The translations under genes and the position numbers were made by a program. 64,000 bases of DNA from Fidelibacterota bacterium (GTDB taxonomy: Bacteria; Fidelibacterota; JAANXI01), in assembly GCA_021734025.1 (NCBI GenBank), contig JAIPJS010000003.1, positions 92,332 to 156,331 on the forward strand, read 5' to 3'. The notes under the pieces are model-generated. The model had not been told where the DNA came from, searched no databases, and saw nothing but the letters and a program-made list of their open reading frames with translations. Shown piece by piece: positions 29,822 to 39,283 of this stretch. Positions within the stretch are counted from its first letter, which is position 1. Each line of letters opens with the position of its first letter.

Positions 29822-30901
29822 ATGAAAAAGAAAATTGCAGTAATCCCCGGCGATGGGACAGGGAAAGAGGTAACCCGGGAAGCGACAAAAGTTCTCGAAA
29901 CCCTCACCGATCTTAACCTCATTCAGTTCGAAATCACCACCTTTCAATATGGCGCGGATCATTATCTGGAGACAGGTATTGGATTGCCTGATGAAGCCGT
30001 AGAGGAATTTCGCAAGAATTATGATGCCATTCTCATGGGATCGTTGGGGGACAGCCGGATTCCCAACATGGCGCATGCCAGAGAAATCATCCTGAAATTG
30101 CGTAATAAACTTGACCTGTATATCAACGAACGCTGGATCAAAGTCCTGGATCCCGAACTGTATCCGCTGAACTACGGAAATCCCGAAAAAGTTGATTTTC
30201 ACATATTTCGTGAATCAACAGAAGGGGCCTTCGTTGCGGCAGGTGGGGCAACCTATGAGCACACAGAAAAGGAAATTGCGGTACAGGAGATGTTGTATAC
30301 CCGAAAAGGTGTGGAACGTATAATCCGCTATGCATTCGAATATGCGGTGGACCACGGGATGCAGAAAGTCACCATGGCGGATAAAAGCAACGTGTTGCGC
30401 TTCACCGACGGCCTTTGGCTGCGAGTATTCCGGGAAGTCAGTGAAGAGTTCGAAGAACAAGTCACGAGCTCGCATGTTTATATTGATCATCTTGCATATG
30501 AGTTGCTCAAAAGGCCACAGGAATTCCAGGTAATCGTCACAACTAATCTGTTTGGGGACATTTTATCTGAGATTGGAGCTGTCCTCCAGGGCGGACTCGG
30601 ACTGGCGGCCTCCGGCAATTACAATCCCGGGGAAATAGGTGTTTTTAAGTCGATTCATGGCTCCGCCCAAAATATCGCCGGGAAAAATATTGTTAATCCA
30701 TTCGGCGCGATCTTGTCCATTCAATTGATGCTGGAATTTTTCGGGAAACCGAAGTTGGGCCTGTTGATTGAGGATGCTGTAAAGCAATGCCTCCGGAACG
30801 GACTGGTGACCAGGGATTTGGACGGCAGCCTGGGTACTCAGGAGGTTGGGGATTCACTTTGCCAGATCCTGGAAAACCTGTATAAGAACCATTCCCGGTG
30901 A
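29822..30901 (+). CDS. Isocitrate/isopropylmalate dehydrogenase family protein with substituted catalytic residues
   Basis: IAVIPGDGTG, DKSNV, NLFGDILS, HGSA, TRDLDG; but RESTEGAF, DILSE, FKSIHGSAQN. Confidence 0.85.
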   Translation: MKKKIAVIPGDGTGKEVTREATKVLETLTDLNLIQFEITTFQYGADHYLETGIGLPDEAVEEFRKNYDAILMGSLGDSRIPNMAHAREIILKLRNKLDLYINERWIKVLDPELYPLNYGNPEKVDFHIFRESTEGAFVAAGGATYEHTEKEIAVQEMLYTRKGVERIIRYAFEYAVDHGMQKVTMADKSNVLRFTDGLWLRVFREVSEEFEEQVTSSHVYIDHLAYELLKRPQEFQVIVTTNLFGDILSEIGAVLQGGLGLAASGNYNPGEIGVFKSIHGSAQNIAGKNIVNPFGAILSIQLMLEFFGKPKLGLLIEDAVKQCLRNGLVTRDLDGSLGTQEVGDSLCQILENLYKNHSR

Positions 30902-30914
30902 GATGTAGTGGAGA

Positions 30915-31164
30915 TAGGGTTTAAGGTATAAGAGTATAGGGGTATAGGGGTATAGGGATATAGGGATAAAATGGAGAATCGAGAAAGAAGAAAGGAAATA
31001 TCCAATATCCAATTTCCAATTTCCAGGTTCACCACACAACAGGAGAAAGCCGTTGGGAGTCATCGCTTCAGCCGTTTTTTGGTTTTGAAAAAAGAATGAA
31101 AATTGAAGAAGTGAGAAACAACGAACTAAAGCGCGACGAATGCCGGGACTACCAACGATCAAAC
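30915..31164 (+). repeat. Composite intergenic repeat, copy A (GGGTATAG, GAGAAAG, TCCAAT(A/T), TGAA(A/G)AA arrays plus REP-like end)
   Basis: Homologous to 62131-62447 (-): 31116-31164 vs 62131-62179 = 42/49 identical; GGATAAAATGGAGAA and TCCAATATCCAATTTC are identical. Confidence 0.85.
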
Positions 31165-31179
31165 GGTAATACTGTATCA

Positions 31180-31206
31180 TTCCGCCGTCGTGGTAAAACG
31201 GCGGAA
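31180..31206. terminator. Hairpin between convergent genes
   Basis: TTCCGCCGT-N9-ACGGCGGAA. Confidence 0.6.
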
Positions 31207-31225
31207 ATAAGGTAACCCTTTCTGT

Positions 31226-32644
31226 TTACACTGCAATAAACCCCACAATTACATAGATAACCAATGCGATTCCGGCGCTGACGAGGGCATACGGAATCTG
31301 GGTGTTAACATGGTCAATATGGTCGGTGGCTGCGGCCATGGAGGCCACGACTGTAGTATCCGATATCGGGGAGCAGTGATCGCCGAACACGCCGCCGCCG
31401 AGCACGGCGGAAACCGCCAGGGGAATGCTGACCCCTGCGTCCATCGCTAAGGGAAGCGCAAGTGGCATCATAAGCGCAAAAGTACCAAAGGAGGTACCGG
31501 TGGAGAATGCGATAAATCCGGCGGTTATAAACACGACGGCCGGAATCAGTGCCGGCGTAAGAAAACCTGAAGCCATGGATGCGATATATTCGCCGGTACC
31601 GAGTTCGTTGCATGTATTCCCCAGGGCAAACGCCAGTAGCATAATCGCGCCCAGAGATATCATACCGCCGGCACCTTTCACAGAGACGTCCACCACTTCG
31701 GTGACTTTCATAATCCCGGTACTACGATACAGTATGCCAGCAGCGCCAATCGCAAACATTACCGCCCAAAAGACCGATGTTGAGCCTGAACCCTGCGTAA
31801 TACTTCCATCACCTGTGATATACATGGCTACCGGCATCGTTCCCACCATCACGAGGACCGGAATCACCATATTGCGGGCATGATGCCTGATGTCCGGCTT
31901 CGCATCGAGCATTGTGATGCTTTCATCCATCAGCGGCATAGCGCCCTTCCGTAAAAGGGCGCCCGTCTCCCTGATCCTGGTTTCGGCTTTATGCATTGGG
32001 CCGAAATCCGATTGACTGAAGATGATATAAAGCACAAAGAGTATGGCTACGATGGAGTAAAAATTCATTGGAATAGACCACAACAGCTGCCGCACCGGAT
32101 CGTCAATACCCTGGGCAGCGATTAATCCAATGGCAAACGCACCCCACGCATTCAATGGGACCAGCATACAGGCCGGGGCCGACGTGGAATCCAGGATATA
32201 TGAGAGCTTCTCCCGGCTGATTTTCATGGTGTCAAACAAGGGACGTGAAATTGCTCCGGCGACTAATATCTTGATGCTGCTTTCAATGAATATGATAATC
32301 CCGAGAATCCAGACCAGGAGTTGCGCCGTAAAGCGGTTGGTAATGAGTTTTTTCCGGATTACGTAATCCACAAAGCCTTCCACACCGCCAGAACGCTGCA
32401 TCAGAGCAATTAAACTCCCTACCAGCACGCTAAACAGGATCACGCGGGTGCTGCCGGCGTCAGCGAAAACCGTCACCAGAGAGCCGAGCGCGTCCGTGAG
32501 TCCAGCCAGCGGATTCCAGGAATTAAGCAGCATCCAGCCAAACCATATTCCGGAAAACAGGGAGAGGATAACCTGTTTCGTGCGCATTGCCAGGAGTATC
32601 GCCACCACCGGCGGGAGAATGACCAGCCAGCCAGGTTCTGTCAT
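31226..32644 (-). CDS. NhaC-family Na+/H+ antiporter / amino-acid:cation transporter
   Basis: ISREKLSYILDSTSAP, FSTGTSFGT, GGVFGDHCSPISDTT, DHVNTQIPY. Confidence 0.88.
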   Translation of the reverse strand: MTEPGWLVILPPVVAILLAMRTKQVILSLFSGIWFGWMLLNSWNPLAGLTDALGSLVTVFADAGSTRVILFSVLVGSLIALMQRSGGVEGFVDYVIRKKLITNRFTAQLLVWILGIIIFIESSIKILVAGAISRPLFDTMKISREKLSYILDSTSAPACMLVPLNAWGAFAIGLIAAQGIDDPVRQLLWSIPMNFYSIVAILFVLYIIFSQSDFGPMHKAETRIRETGALLRKGAMPLMDESITMLDAKPDIRHHARNMVIPVLVMVGTMPVAMYITGDGSITQGSGSTSVFWAVMFAIGAAGILYRSTGIMKVTEVVDVSVKGAGGMISLGAIMLLAFALGNTCNELGTGEYIASMASGFLTPALIPAVVFITAGFIAFSTGTSFGTFALMMPLALPLAMDAGVSIPLAVSAVLGGGVFGDHCSPISDTTVVASMAAATDHIDHVNTQIPYALVSAGIALVIYVIVGFIAV

Positions 32645-32834
32645 AAGAACTGTCCTATGTCGGTTGTCGGGAAGAAATTCGGAGAAAAATAATAAAACCG
32701 GGTCCGAAATGCGATGGGTGAATTGCGTATCGCGATCAATCCGCCATTTCTCAACTTGTATTGAAAACGAGAGTTTTGTACTCTTTAATCACTCTTAATG
32801 AGTCTGCCAGAGAATTGTTGTATATTACGAGCCT

Positions 32835-34187
32835 ATGAAACCACTCAGGTTTATTCACACTGCTGATTTGCACCTCGGAAGCCCGCTGAAAAGTATCGGC
32901 GAGGTTTCCGGAGAGCTACAGGAGCAGCTTCACAACGCCACGTTTACTGCATTGCGACAAATCGTTAGTGCTGCTATTGAGCTGGAGGTGGACTTTGTCC
33001 TGATCGCCGGAGATTTATATGATCTGGAATCCAGGAGTATCCGCGCCAACCGAATTGTTGCTCAGCAACTCCGCCGATTGGATGAAGCCGGAATCAACGC
33101 TTATCTCATCGCCGGGAATCATGATCCGCTTACCAGAGAAGGAGCGGATGCCTTTGATCTTCCAAAGAATGCCCATGTCTTTGGCACCGAAACGGAAATA
33201 TGCGAATATTCCAGAGATGGTGAAGTAGTTGCAAGGATTTTAGGGCAATCATACCGTTCGTCATCCGAACCACGGAAAATGTACAGCGGGTTTACGCCGC
33301 CGGATGCATCGGTTTGGAATATCGGGATGCTGCATACAGCGCTTGACCCGAATAACACAAGATACGTTCCCTGCCATCCTGACGATTTGGCCTCAAAACA
33401 AGAAATTCACTACTGGGCGTTAGGTCATGTCCATCAACAGCGGGTTGTGCAATCCGGAGAGCAGCCGATTGTCTATCCCGGGAATCCGCAGGGACGCGAT
33501 ACCGGCGAAACCGGTATCAATGGATGCGTACTTGTTGAAATGACACCGGGCGAGGAACCGGATATCTCGACGATCCCGACTTCGTCAATTATCTGGGATA
33601 TCAAAGACATCAGCATTGATCCGGGTGATTCTGAGCCACCAGAATCAATTGATGCTTTACTCGATCAATTCCGAAGTGCAATCGAAGATATGCCTGACGA
33701 AAATTATATAGACGAACCTATACTGCCGGCACATCCCAATTTCGAGGACGAATATAGGATCGATGGTCACATCATCCGGTGGCACGTGACAGGGAAAGGG
33801 CCGCTTCATGACGAGCTGGCCAAAAATCGGGAGGAGGCTGGCGAAACAATCACCGAGGTTCTTCGTGAGGAATTTGGGCAAATGTCGCCATTCGTCTGGA
33901 CCGAATCCGTTCGGATTCGCACCGGAAAACCGGTCCCACCGATCGAGGAACTCGCCGGGAACAGCGAACTATTCAGCGACATCCGAAAAATTATGGATGA
34001 GTTCTCATCCGGGGAGCCATCCGTAGACTTCGATGATATTTTGGGCAAGATATGGGATACATCAGGTGATTACGAGAATATGAATCCGGAACGGTTTGTC
34101 GCCGGGCAGAGAGATATTGAAGGGTTCATCGAAGAAGCCGGCCAGCGAATTGTCGAGAGTATCCTGGAACGGAGAGACGACTCATGA
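32835..34187 (+). CDS. yhaO: Mre11/SbcD-like metallophosphoesterase nuclease (YhaO type)
   Basis: HTADLHLG, AGDLYD, GNHD, YWALGHVH, YPGNPQGR. Confidence 0.88.
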   Translation: MKPLRFIHTADLHLGSPLKSIGEVSGELQEQLHNATFTALRQIVSAAIELEVDFVLIAGDLYDLESRSIRANRIVAQQLRRLDEAGINAYLIAGNHDPLTREGADAFDLPKNAHVFGTETEICEYSRDGEVVARILGQSYRSSSEPRKMYSGFTPPDASVWNIGMLHTALDPNNTRYVPCHPDDLASKQEIHYWALGHVHQQRVVQSGEQPIVYPGNPQGRDTGETGINGCVLVEMTPGEEPDISTIPTSSIIWDIKDISIDPGDSEPPESIDALLDQFRSAIEDMPDENYIDEPILPAHPNFEDEYRIDGHIIRWHVTGKGPLHDELAKNREEAGETITEVLREEFGQMSPFVWTESVRIRTGKPVPPIEELAGNSELFSDIRKIMDEFSSGEPSVDFDDILGKIWDTSGDYENMNPERFVAGQRDIEGFIEEAGQRIVESILERRDDS

Positions 34188-37048
34188 TCATCAAATCTCT
34201 CCTGATACAGGACTTTGGCATAATTCAGGGGCAGGAACTTCGGGACTTGAATAATGGGATCAATGTGATCGCCGGGCCGAATCGTGCCGGAAAAACAACC
34301 CTGATGCAGTTGCTTCGATATCTGGGGTATAAATTTCCGAAAACAGATCTTATGCCAGCGCCAAAAGTCTCTCGCCGGGCCAGGGCAACGATGCAACTCG
34401 AGGACGGCGCAGAAGTTATTCTGGAGCGGGACGGGCAGTCTGATCCTGTCCTCGCGGTTACCAGTGGCAGCAGGGATATTTCCATAGAGGACATTTTTCA
34501 TGTAGATGATTTTACCTATCGTCAACTATTTACTATCAGCCTGGATGAGTTGCGCAGATTCCCGGCAGGTGTAGATGGTAAAAAAGAGAGCCGTCGGCTG
34601 CAGTCGGTGTTACTTGGTGCAGGATTGACGGATGCGGCCAATTTGTCCGAGGTTTTGCGGGATTTTCGGAAGCAAGCGGAGGATATTGGGGGGAAGCACG
34701 GAAATCAACGGGTTTCGGAGTTTAAAGATCACAATCAGGATATAAGGGAGGCCGTTGAACAGCGGAAGGAGGCCAACCAACAAATCCGGATCTACCAGGA
34801 GAACCTGGAAGAAAAAAACGAGGTCGAATCTGAGCTGGCTGCACTAAAAGAGCAGAAGTCTTCTCTGGAAAAACGGCGCGTCCGGCTGGAGTTTTTGCAT
34901 CAGTATGCGGAAACATTTTTAAATTATCGGAATTTGACCGATGAATTATCCGGTGAAGAGAACCGGGAGTTACTCACTGATTTCGAAGAAGAATATTTGT
35001 CGACAGCCAAACGCTTGCTGGAAACATACCCTGAGGTCATAGAGAAGTACGGAGAGGCAAAGCGGGATTTTAAGCGTCAGGTGCCCGGTGATAAGTGGCA
35101 GGAAGTGAAAAACTCGCTACTGAATGCAACTGACGAAATTCGACGCTGGGAGCGGGAACTCTCGGGACTCCGGGAACAGATACAAACCTTTCGAAATGAA
35201 CAACAACAGATCGCGGAGAAACGAGAGGAAATTGCCACGGATTTAGGGCAGGTAAACTCCGACTGGGGCGAAGATTTTACAGCCCTTGAGACGATCCGGA
35301 CTGACCGGGTTGATCGCGCAGTACTCCGCGAAAAAATTGCCGAATTCCTCAGAGTAACCGACCGGAAGAGAGGCGCCAGCCAGGAGATTGATACGCTCGA
35401 ACAGCAAGTCGAGTCGATAGAGGATGAAATTTCAGAAATTGAATCGCACCGGAAAATCGACCCTGTGAAAATGTATGGAGTCGGGTTGTTAATCATAATC
35501 TCAGGAATTCTCCTGGGAATACTGACCTACCCCTGGATTGGTTTACTGGTGGGAATTGGCGGTGTTGGAGTGCTGGTGGTCAGATATCTGGGCGAAACAG
35601 AAGCCCGGCAGCAGATGAGTCGGCTTGAATCGGAATTGCGGCAAACGAAGAAACAGTTACAGTCCCGAAAGTCAGAACTTGAAGATCTTGAAAGTAAGTG
35701 GGAAAAATTAAACGAAGAGGTTGGCCAATACCGTGATACCCTGGGATTACCGGCTGAGGTACACCCGGAGAGTCTCCGGAATTATTTTGACGATGTAGCA
35801 GATCTCAAGAAACGTATAGCACAGTGGAACTCCCAGCGTGAAGACCTGAAGCGGGCAGAGCAAGATATATTGGAAAACCTGGATGATCTCCGCGGTGTCC
35901 TGGACAATATTTATCCGGAGGATATTGGGGAACCCGCTATTGACGATGCAGACGAATTGATGCATCGAATAACGCAGGCATCGGAGTGGCTGGACTCGGC
36001 GAAAGATCTCAATTCTCTGGAAGAACAGAAGGAAGACCAGGAGAAACAAATACATCGCATCTGTTTTCCGGATTCGGGACAGATGAACCTGGACGATGCG
36101 CCGTCTACCAGTGAAGATTATATTCGCTCTCTTGAAGAGTTTGTTGAGGAAGGACAAAGATATTCTGAGCTGACGGAAAAGGAGGACGAGGCGGAAAGGT
36201 TAGCATATTCTCTGGAAAACGGTTTTAACGCCCGTGTCAAGAGTGTATTCACCAAAGACTCCATGGAGGACGCCCCGGACACTCTTGAGGATTTACTCAA
36301 TATTTTGGAGGAATATTACGAGCAATTTGCCAGTGAAAAGGAGATAGCCGATAACCTTCGATCGGTGGAAAATTCCATTGAGCAGGTGACCGGAGAGATT
36401 ACGGATGCGCAGAAGCGCGTGGAACGCCTGAACGTTCGCCTGGAAGAATTGGCGACCACGGAAAAGCTGGAACAGGCCCAGGAACAGATCGACAAGGCCA
36501 GGAGCCGCCTTGAACCGCTTGCGAGGGAATTTGCGATAAACAGGATTGCAACCGCTATTCTGGAGCAGGCCCAGGAGCGATTTATGCATCGAACGCGGGA
36601 TGAACTTCTTACGTCAGCCAGTGAATATTTTAGGAGAATCACTTCTGACGACTATGCAAGTATCGCCCTTCCAAAAGAACTGGAAAATGCTGATTTCGTG
36701 AGCCTGACCGAGGACGGAAATTCGGTGGAGACCACCCGGTACCTGAGCCGGGGCACCAGAGAACAACTGTTCATGAGCGTCCGGCTGAGTCGCATCAAAG
36801 AGATTACACCGCCGCTGCCGGTTATCCTGGACGACAGTCTGGTGAATTTTGACAGTGCACATCGGAGACAGGCAGTTCGGGTGCTACAGGAATTGGCAAA
36901 AACGAATCAGATATTTGTGATGACCTGTCATCCCGAACTCGTGGAATTCCTTCATGAGGCTGGTGACGAGATAAGTTATATGACAATCGACGCCGGAGTA
37001 ATCGCCGGGAGCAGTTATACTAAAGTACTGGAGCATCTCCGTAGATAA
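34184..37048 (+). CDS. yhaN: Rad50/SMC-like ATPase (YhaN/SbcE type, AAA_27) with central TM hairpin
   Basis: GPNRAGKTT, long coiled coils, LSRGTREQL, LPVILDDSLVNFD, MTCH. Confidence 0.85.
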   Translation: MIIKSLLIQDFGIIQGQELRDLNNGINVIAGPNRAGKTTLMQLLRYLGYKFPKTDLMPAPKVSRRARATMQLEDGAEVILERDGQSDPVLAVTSGSRDISIEDIFHVDDFTYRQLFTISLDELRRFPAGVDGKKESRRLQSVLLGAGLTDAANLSEVLRDFRKQAEDIGGKHGNQRVSEFKDHNQDIREAVEQRKEANQQIRIYQENLEEKNEVESELAALKEQKSSLEKRRVRLEFLHQYAETFLNYRNLTDELSGEENRELLTDFEEEYLSTAKRLLETYPEVIEKYGEAKRDFKRQVPGDKWQEVKNSLLNATDEIRRWERELSGLREQIQTFRNEQQQIAEKREEIATDLGQVNSDWGEDFTALETIRTDRVDRAVLREKIAEFLRVTDRKRGASQEIDTLEQQVESIEDEISEIESHRKIDPVKMYGVGLLIIISGILLGILTYPWIGLLVGIGGVGVLVVRYLGETEARQQMSRLESELRQTKKQLQSRKSELEDLESKWEKLNEEVGQYRDTLGLPAEVHPESLRNYFDDVADLKKRIAQWNSQREDLKRAEQDILENLDDLRGVLDNIYPEDIGEPAIDDADELMHRITQASEWLDSAKDLNSLEEQKEDQEKQIHRICFPDSGQMNLDDAPSTSEDYIRSLEEFVEEGQRYSELTEKEDEAERLAYSLENGFNARVKSVFTKDSMEDAPDTLEDLLNILEEYYEQFASEKEIADNLRSVENSIEQVTGEITDAQKRVERLNVRLEELATTEKLEQAQEQIDKARSRLEPLAREFAINRIATAILEQAQERFMHRTRDELLTSASEYFRRITSDDYASIALPKELENADFVSLTEDGNSVETTRYLSRGTREQLFMSVRLSRIKEITPPLPVILDDSLVNFDSAHRRQAVRVLQELAKTNQIFVMTCHPELVEFLHEAGDEISYMTIDAGVIAGSSYTKVLEHLRR

Positions 37049-37090
37049 TTACCTGGTGTGAAAAAGTAGTACGTACTGCGCAGCGGGGGA

Positions 37091-37124
37091 CTCGAAACTG
37101 GAACACCTCAACACTCGAACACTC
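37091..37124 (+). repeat. Octamer tandem array (CTCGAACA-like x4)
   Basis: ctcgaaa ctggaaca cctcaaca ctcgaaca ctc. Confidence 0.7.
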
Positions 37125-37175
37125 CGCCGCAGGAGGATACACTGCCGTTAAAACCGTAACATTGGAAAAAGTCCC

Positions 37176-38945
37176 ATGAATAAGTCATTCCTCATCTGTC
37201 TTGGAGTTGCATCTGCATTTGTATTAACTGGAAACCTGCAACTGTTTGCGCAGGGTACCGATGAATTCGGTCGATATGAGCGGAAATCTATCTCCTATAT
37301 CCCTGCCGTGTATATTCCGCGCTCAGAAGCCTATGAGATGAAAAATCATGAGATCGAATTTCTCATTGAGACAGTGAAAGACTACATCGAAATGCCCCGG
37401 TTCGATTACAACGAACTACCGGAAGAGATTACGGATACATTTGTGAAGCGCGCCCGGAAAAAGGGCGGTGTGACGCCATCCGAAATGAAGGAATTGCTGA
37501 ACGAAACCGTTGTCCCGGTGATTATGGACATCCTGAACACCCAGGCGGAAATCCGGGCCAGAGATTTGGTCACCGATGAGCAAAAAGAACAGTTCATAGC
37601 TACAAAGGCTCAGTCGTATGGGATTAACGCCGATCAACTCGAAACCATATTGAATTCCGCTTACCTATATATCCCGTATGTCGATTGGGTAAATTTTGAT
37701 AAGGACGAAGGAATGTTTACCTGTACAGTGCGGGGTGGATTGCTCTGGTTTCACGTTATACCTGACTCTGAAAATCCACGCGTTGAGTCTTTGTTAACCC
37801 AGGAGACCAGCTCATTTGGAAAGGGACAGGATGATCAGCGGTACTCTTTCCGGAGTAAACTCCTGGATGGCGATGAATTCGCACTGTATTCGGCGGTAGA
37901 CAACTTCGCCCGGAATTTGCAGGTGGCAACCCAGTCAATACCGGAATTTCAGCTCACGGGAATGGTCCAATACGTGAATAAGCAGAAGGTGGATTTTGAT
38001 TTAGGCCGCCGTGAAGGTATCAAGGTAGATGATGGCTTTTTCATCAAGGAACAGTACCAGTCAGGAGATGGAGAGATTGATCAGCGCAAGGTCGGTTTTG
38101 TCCGTACCGTCTCTGTCGGCGACAACACAGACGATCAGATAGCAGCATCGCAAGCAGTTGCCGTTACCGGAAACGAATTCACACGAGGAATGGCGTTGGT
38201 TGAGCATCCCCGGCTGCCGCTCGATATCAGTTTTAGGATTAGGACGTTGAATTATAATCTCTACAAAAATAGCGGGTACATCGCGATCGATTTTCCGTTC
38301 ACCAAGACGGAAATTCTGGAGGCATATTTTGTGGAAAGTTATTCAGGCGGGATCCCGGCGGTGGATCTGGAAGCAGCTTACCACATCGGTCGCTGGTTCG
38401 ACGTCCCAATGCTCTTGGCAAACGTAGGAGCAACTGCTGGCGTCGTTCCTGTAGAAGTACAAGTGCGTACCTTCGAGGATCACCAATATCATTGGGAATC
38501 CACAAACCCCACGCTGTTTCAGTTCCGGTTCGGATTAACCCAAAAATATTTTTACCGACGGTTCGGCCTCCAGTTCGGCGCAGATGTCGGACTCTCGGCT
38601 ATGTCAGCCACCGATCAGATCTGGTGGTTTAACGAAGACTTCGAGCTGGAACAATATAATATTTCACTCTCAAACAGAACTGTAGGAGGATCACTATACG
38701 GCGGTTTCGAAATGTTCCTGACGCCGGATATCACTGCCGGATTCGTTACCGGATTCCAGGCCTACCCTGAATCAGCCGCCTGGAGCTTTGATGTTGCCAG
38801 CGATTCCTACGATATTACCAACCTTGCAGAAGATCGGCCGAGTTATGACATCTCCGGTCGATTTATGAGCGTGTATGTCCAGTATCGGCCGCCGGCGCTC
38901 CCGTTTGATCCCTGGAATCTGATACGGGCCTCCCTGGGGATTTAA
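37176..38945 (+). CDS. Hypothetical outer-membrane protein (FlgT-C-like middle domain, C-terminal beta-barrel-like region)
   Basis: Signal peptide; FDLGRREGIKVDDGF motif; amphipathic aromatic-rich beta strands in last ~240 aa. Confidence 0.65.
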   Translation: MNKSFLICLGVASAFVLTGNLQLFAQGTDEFGRYERKSISYIPAVYIPRSEAYEMKNHEIEFLIETVKDYIEMPRFDYNELPEEITDTFVKRARKKGGVTPSEMKELLNETVVPVIMDILNTQAEIRARDLVTDEQKEQFIATKAQSYGINADQLETILNSAYLYIPYVDWVNFDKDEGMFTCTVRGGLLWFHVIPDSENPRVESLLTQETSSFGKGQDDQRYSFRSKLLDGDEFALYSAVDNFARNLQVATQSIPEFQLTGMVQYVNKQKVDFDLGRREGIKVDDGFFIKEQYQSGDGEIDQRKVGFVRTVSVGDNTDDQIAASQAVAVTGNEFTRGMALVEHPRLPLDISFRIRTLNYNLYKNSGYIAIDFPFTKTEILEAYFVESYSGGIPAVDLEAAYHIGRWFDVPMLLANVGATAGVVPVEVQVRTFEDHQYHWESTNPTLFQFRFGLTQKYFYRRFGLQFGADVGLSAMSATDQIWWFNEDFELEQYNISLSNRTVGGSLYGGFEMFLTPDITAGFVTGFQAYPESAAWSFDVASDSYDITNLAEDRPSYDISGRFMSVYVQYRPPALPFDPWNLIRASLGI

Positions 38946-38949
38946 TACT

Positions 38950-39240
38950 ACAGGTATAAGGTATAAGGGTATAGGGGGAAAAGATGGAAAAAGGAGAAGG
39001 GAGAATGGAGAAGGGTAAAAGATTAACTGCGAAGAAAATATGAAAATTGCAGAATGAAAAATGAAGAAGGAACAAGATGAATGTCCAACCGCCCCACAGG
39101 GATCTCTGTGGGAGGGGTGGAGTTGTGTTGGAAAAAATAATTAGTAGAATGCAAGAGGTGAAAAATCCGGAGAGCGGCTACAAACGCCAACCTATGAAAA
39201 TTCGACTCGAACACTCGCACACTCGAACACTTGAACACTA
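38950..39240 (+). repeat. Composite intergenic repeat (GGTATAAG, GGAGAAG, TGAAAAT arrays, hairpin 39089-39120, ACTCGAAC x4 at 39205-39240)
   Basis: Read directly; modules shared with 30915-31164 and 62131-62447. Confidence 0.8.
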
Positions 39241-39283
39241 TCTACAACCCTCGGTGCTAAATTCAGACTGGAGAATTACCTAT

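Noticed and set aside
30838-31180. Similar small ORFs at 30838-31035, 38863-39075 and 62265-62471 (FSILSP/YTLIP-rich)
   Set aside because: Translations of the low-complexity repeat arrays; similarity is at DNA level with frame-disrupting unit lengths
39077-39283. 69-aa N-terminal extension of the PqqL ORF
   Set aside because: It translates intergenic repeats (LEHSHTRTLEH); the SD and lipoprotein signal indicate a start at 39284
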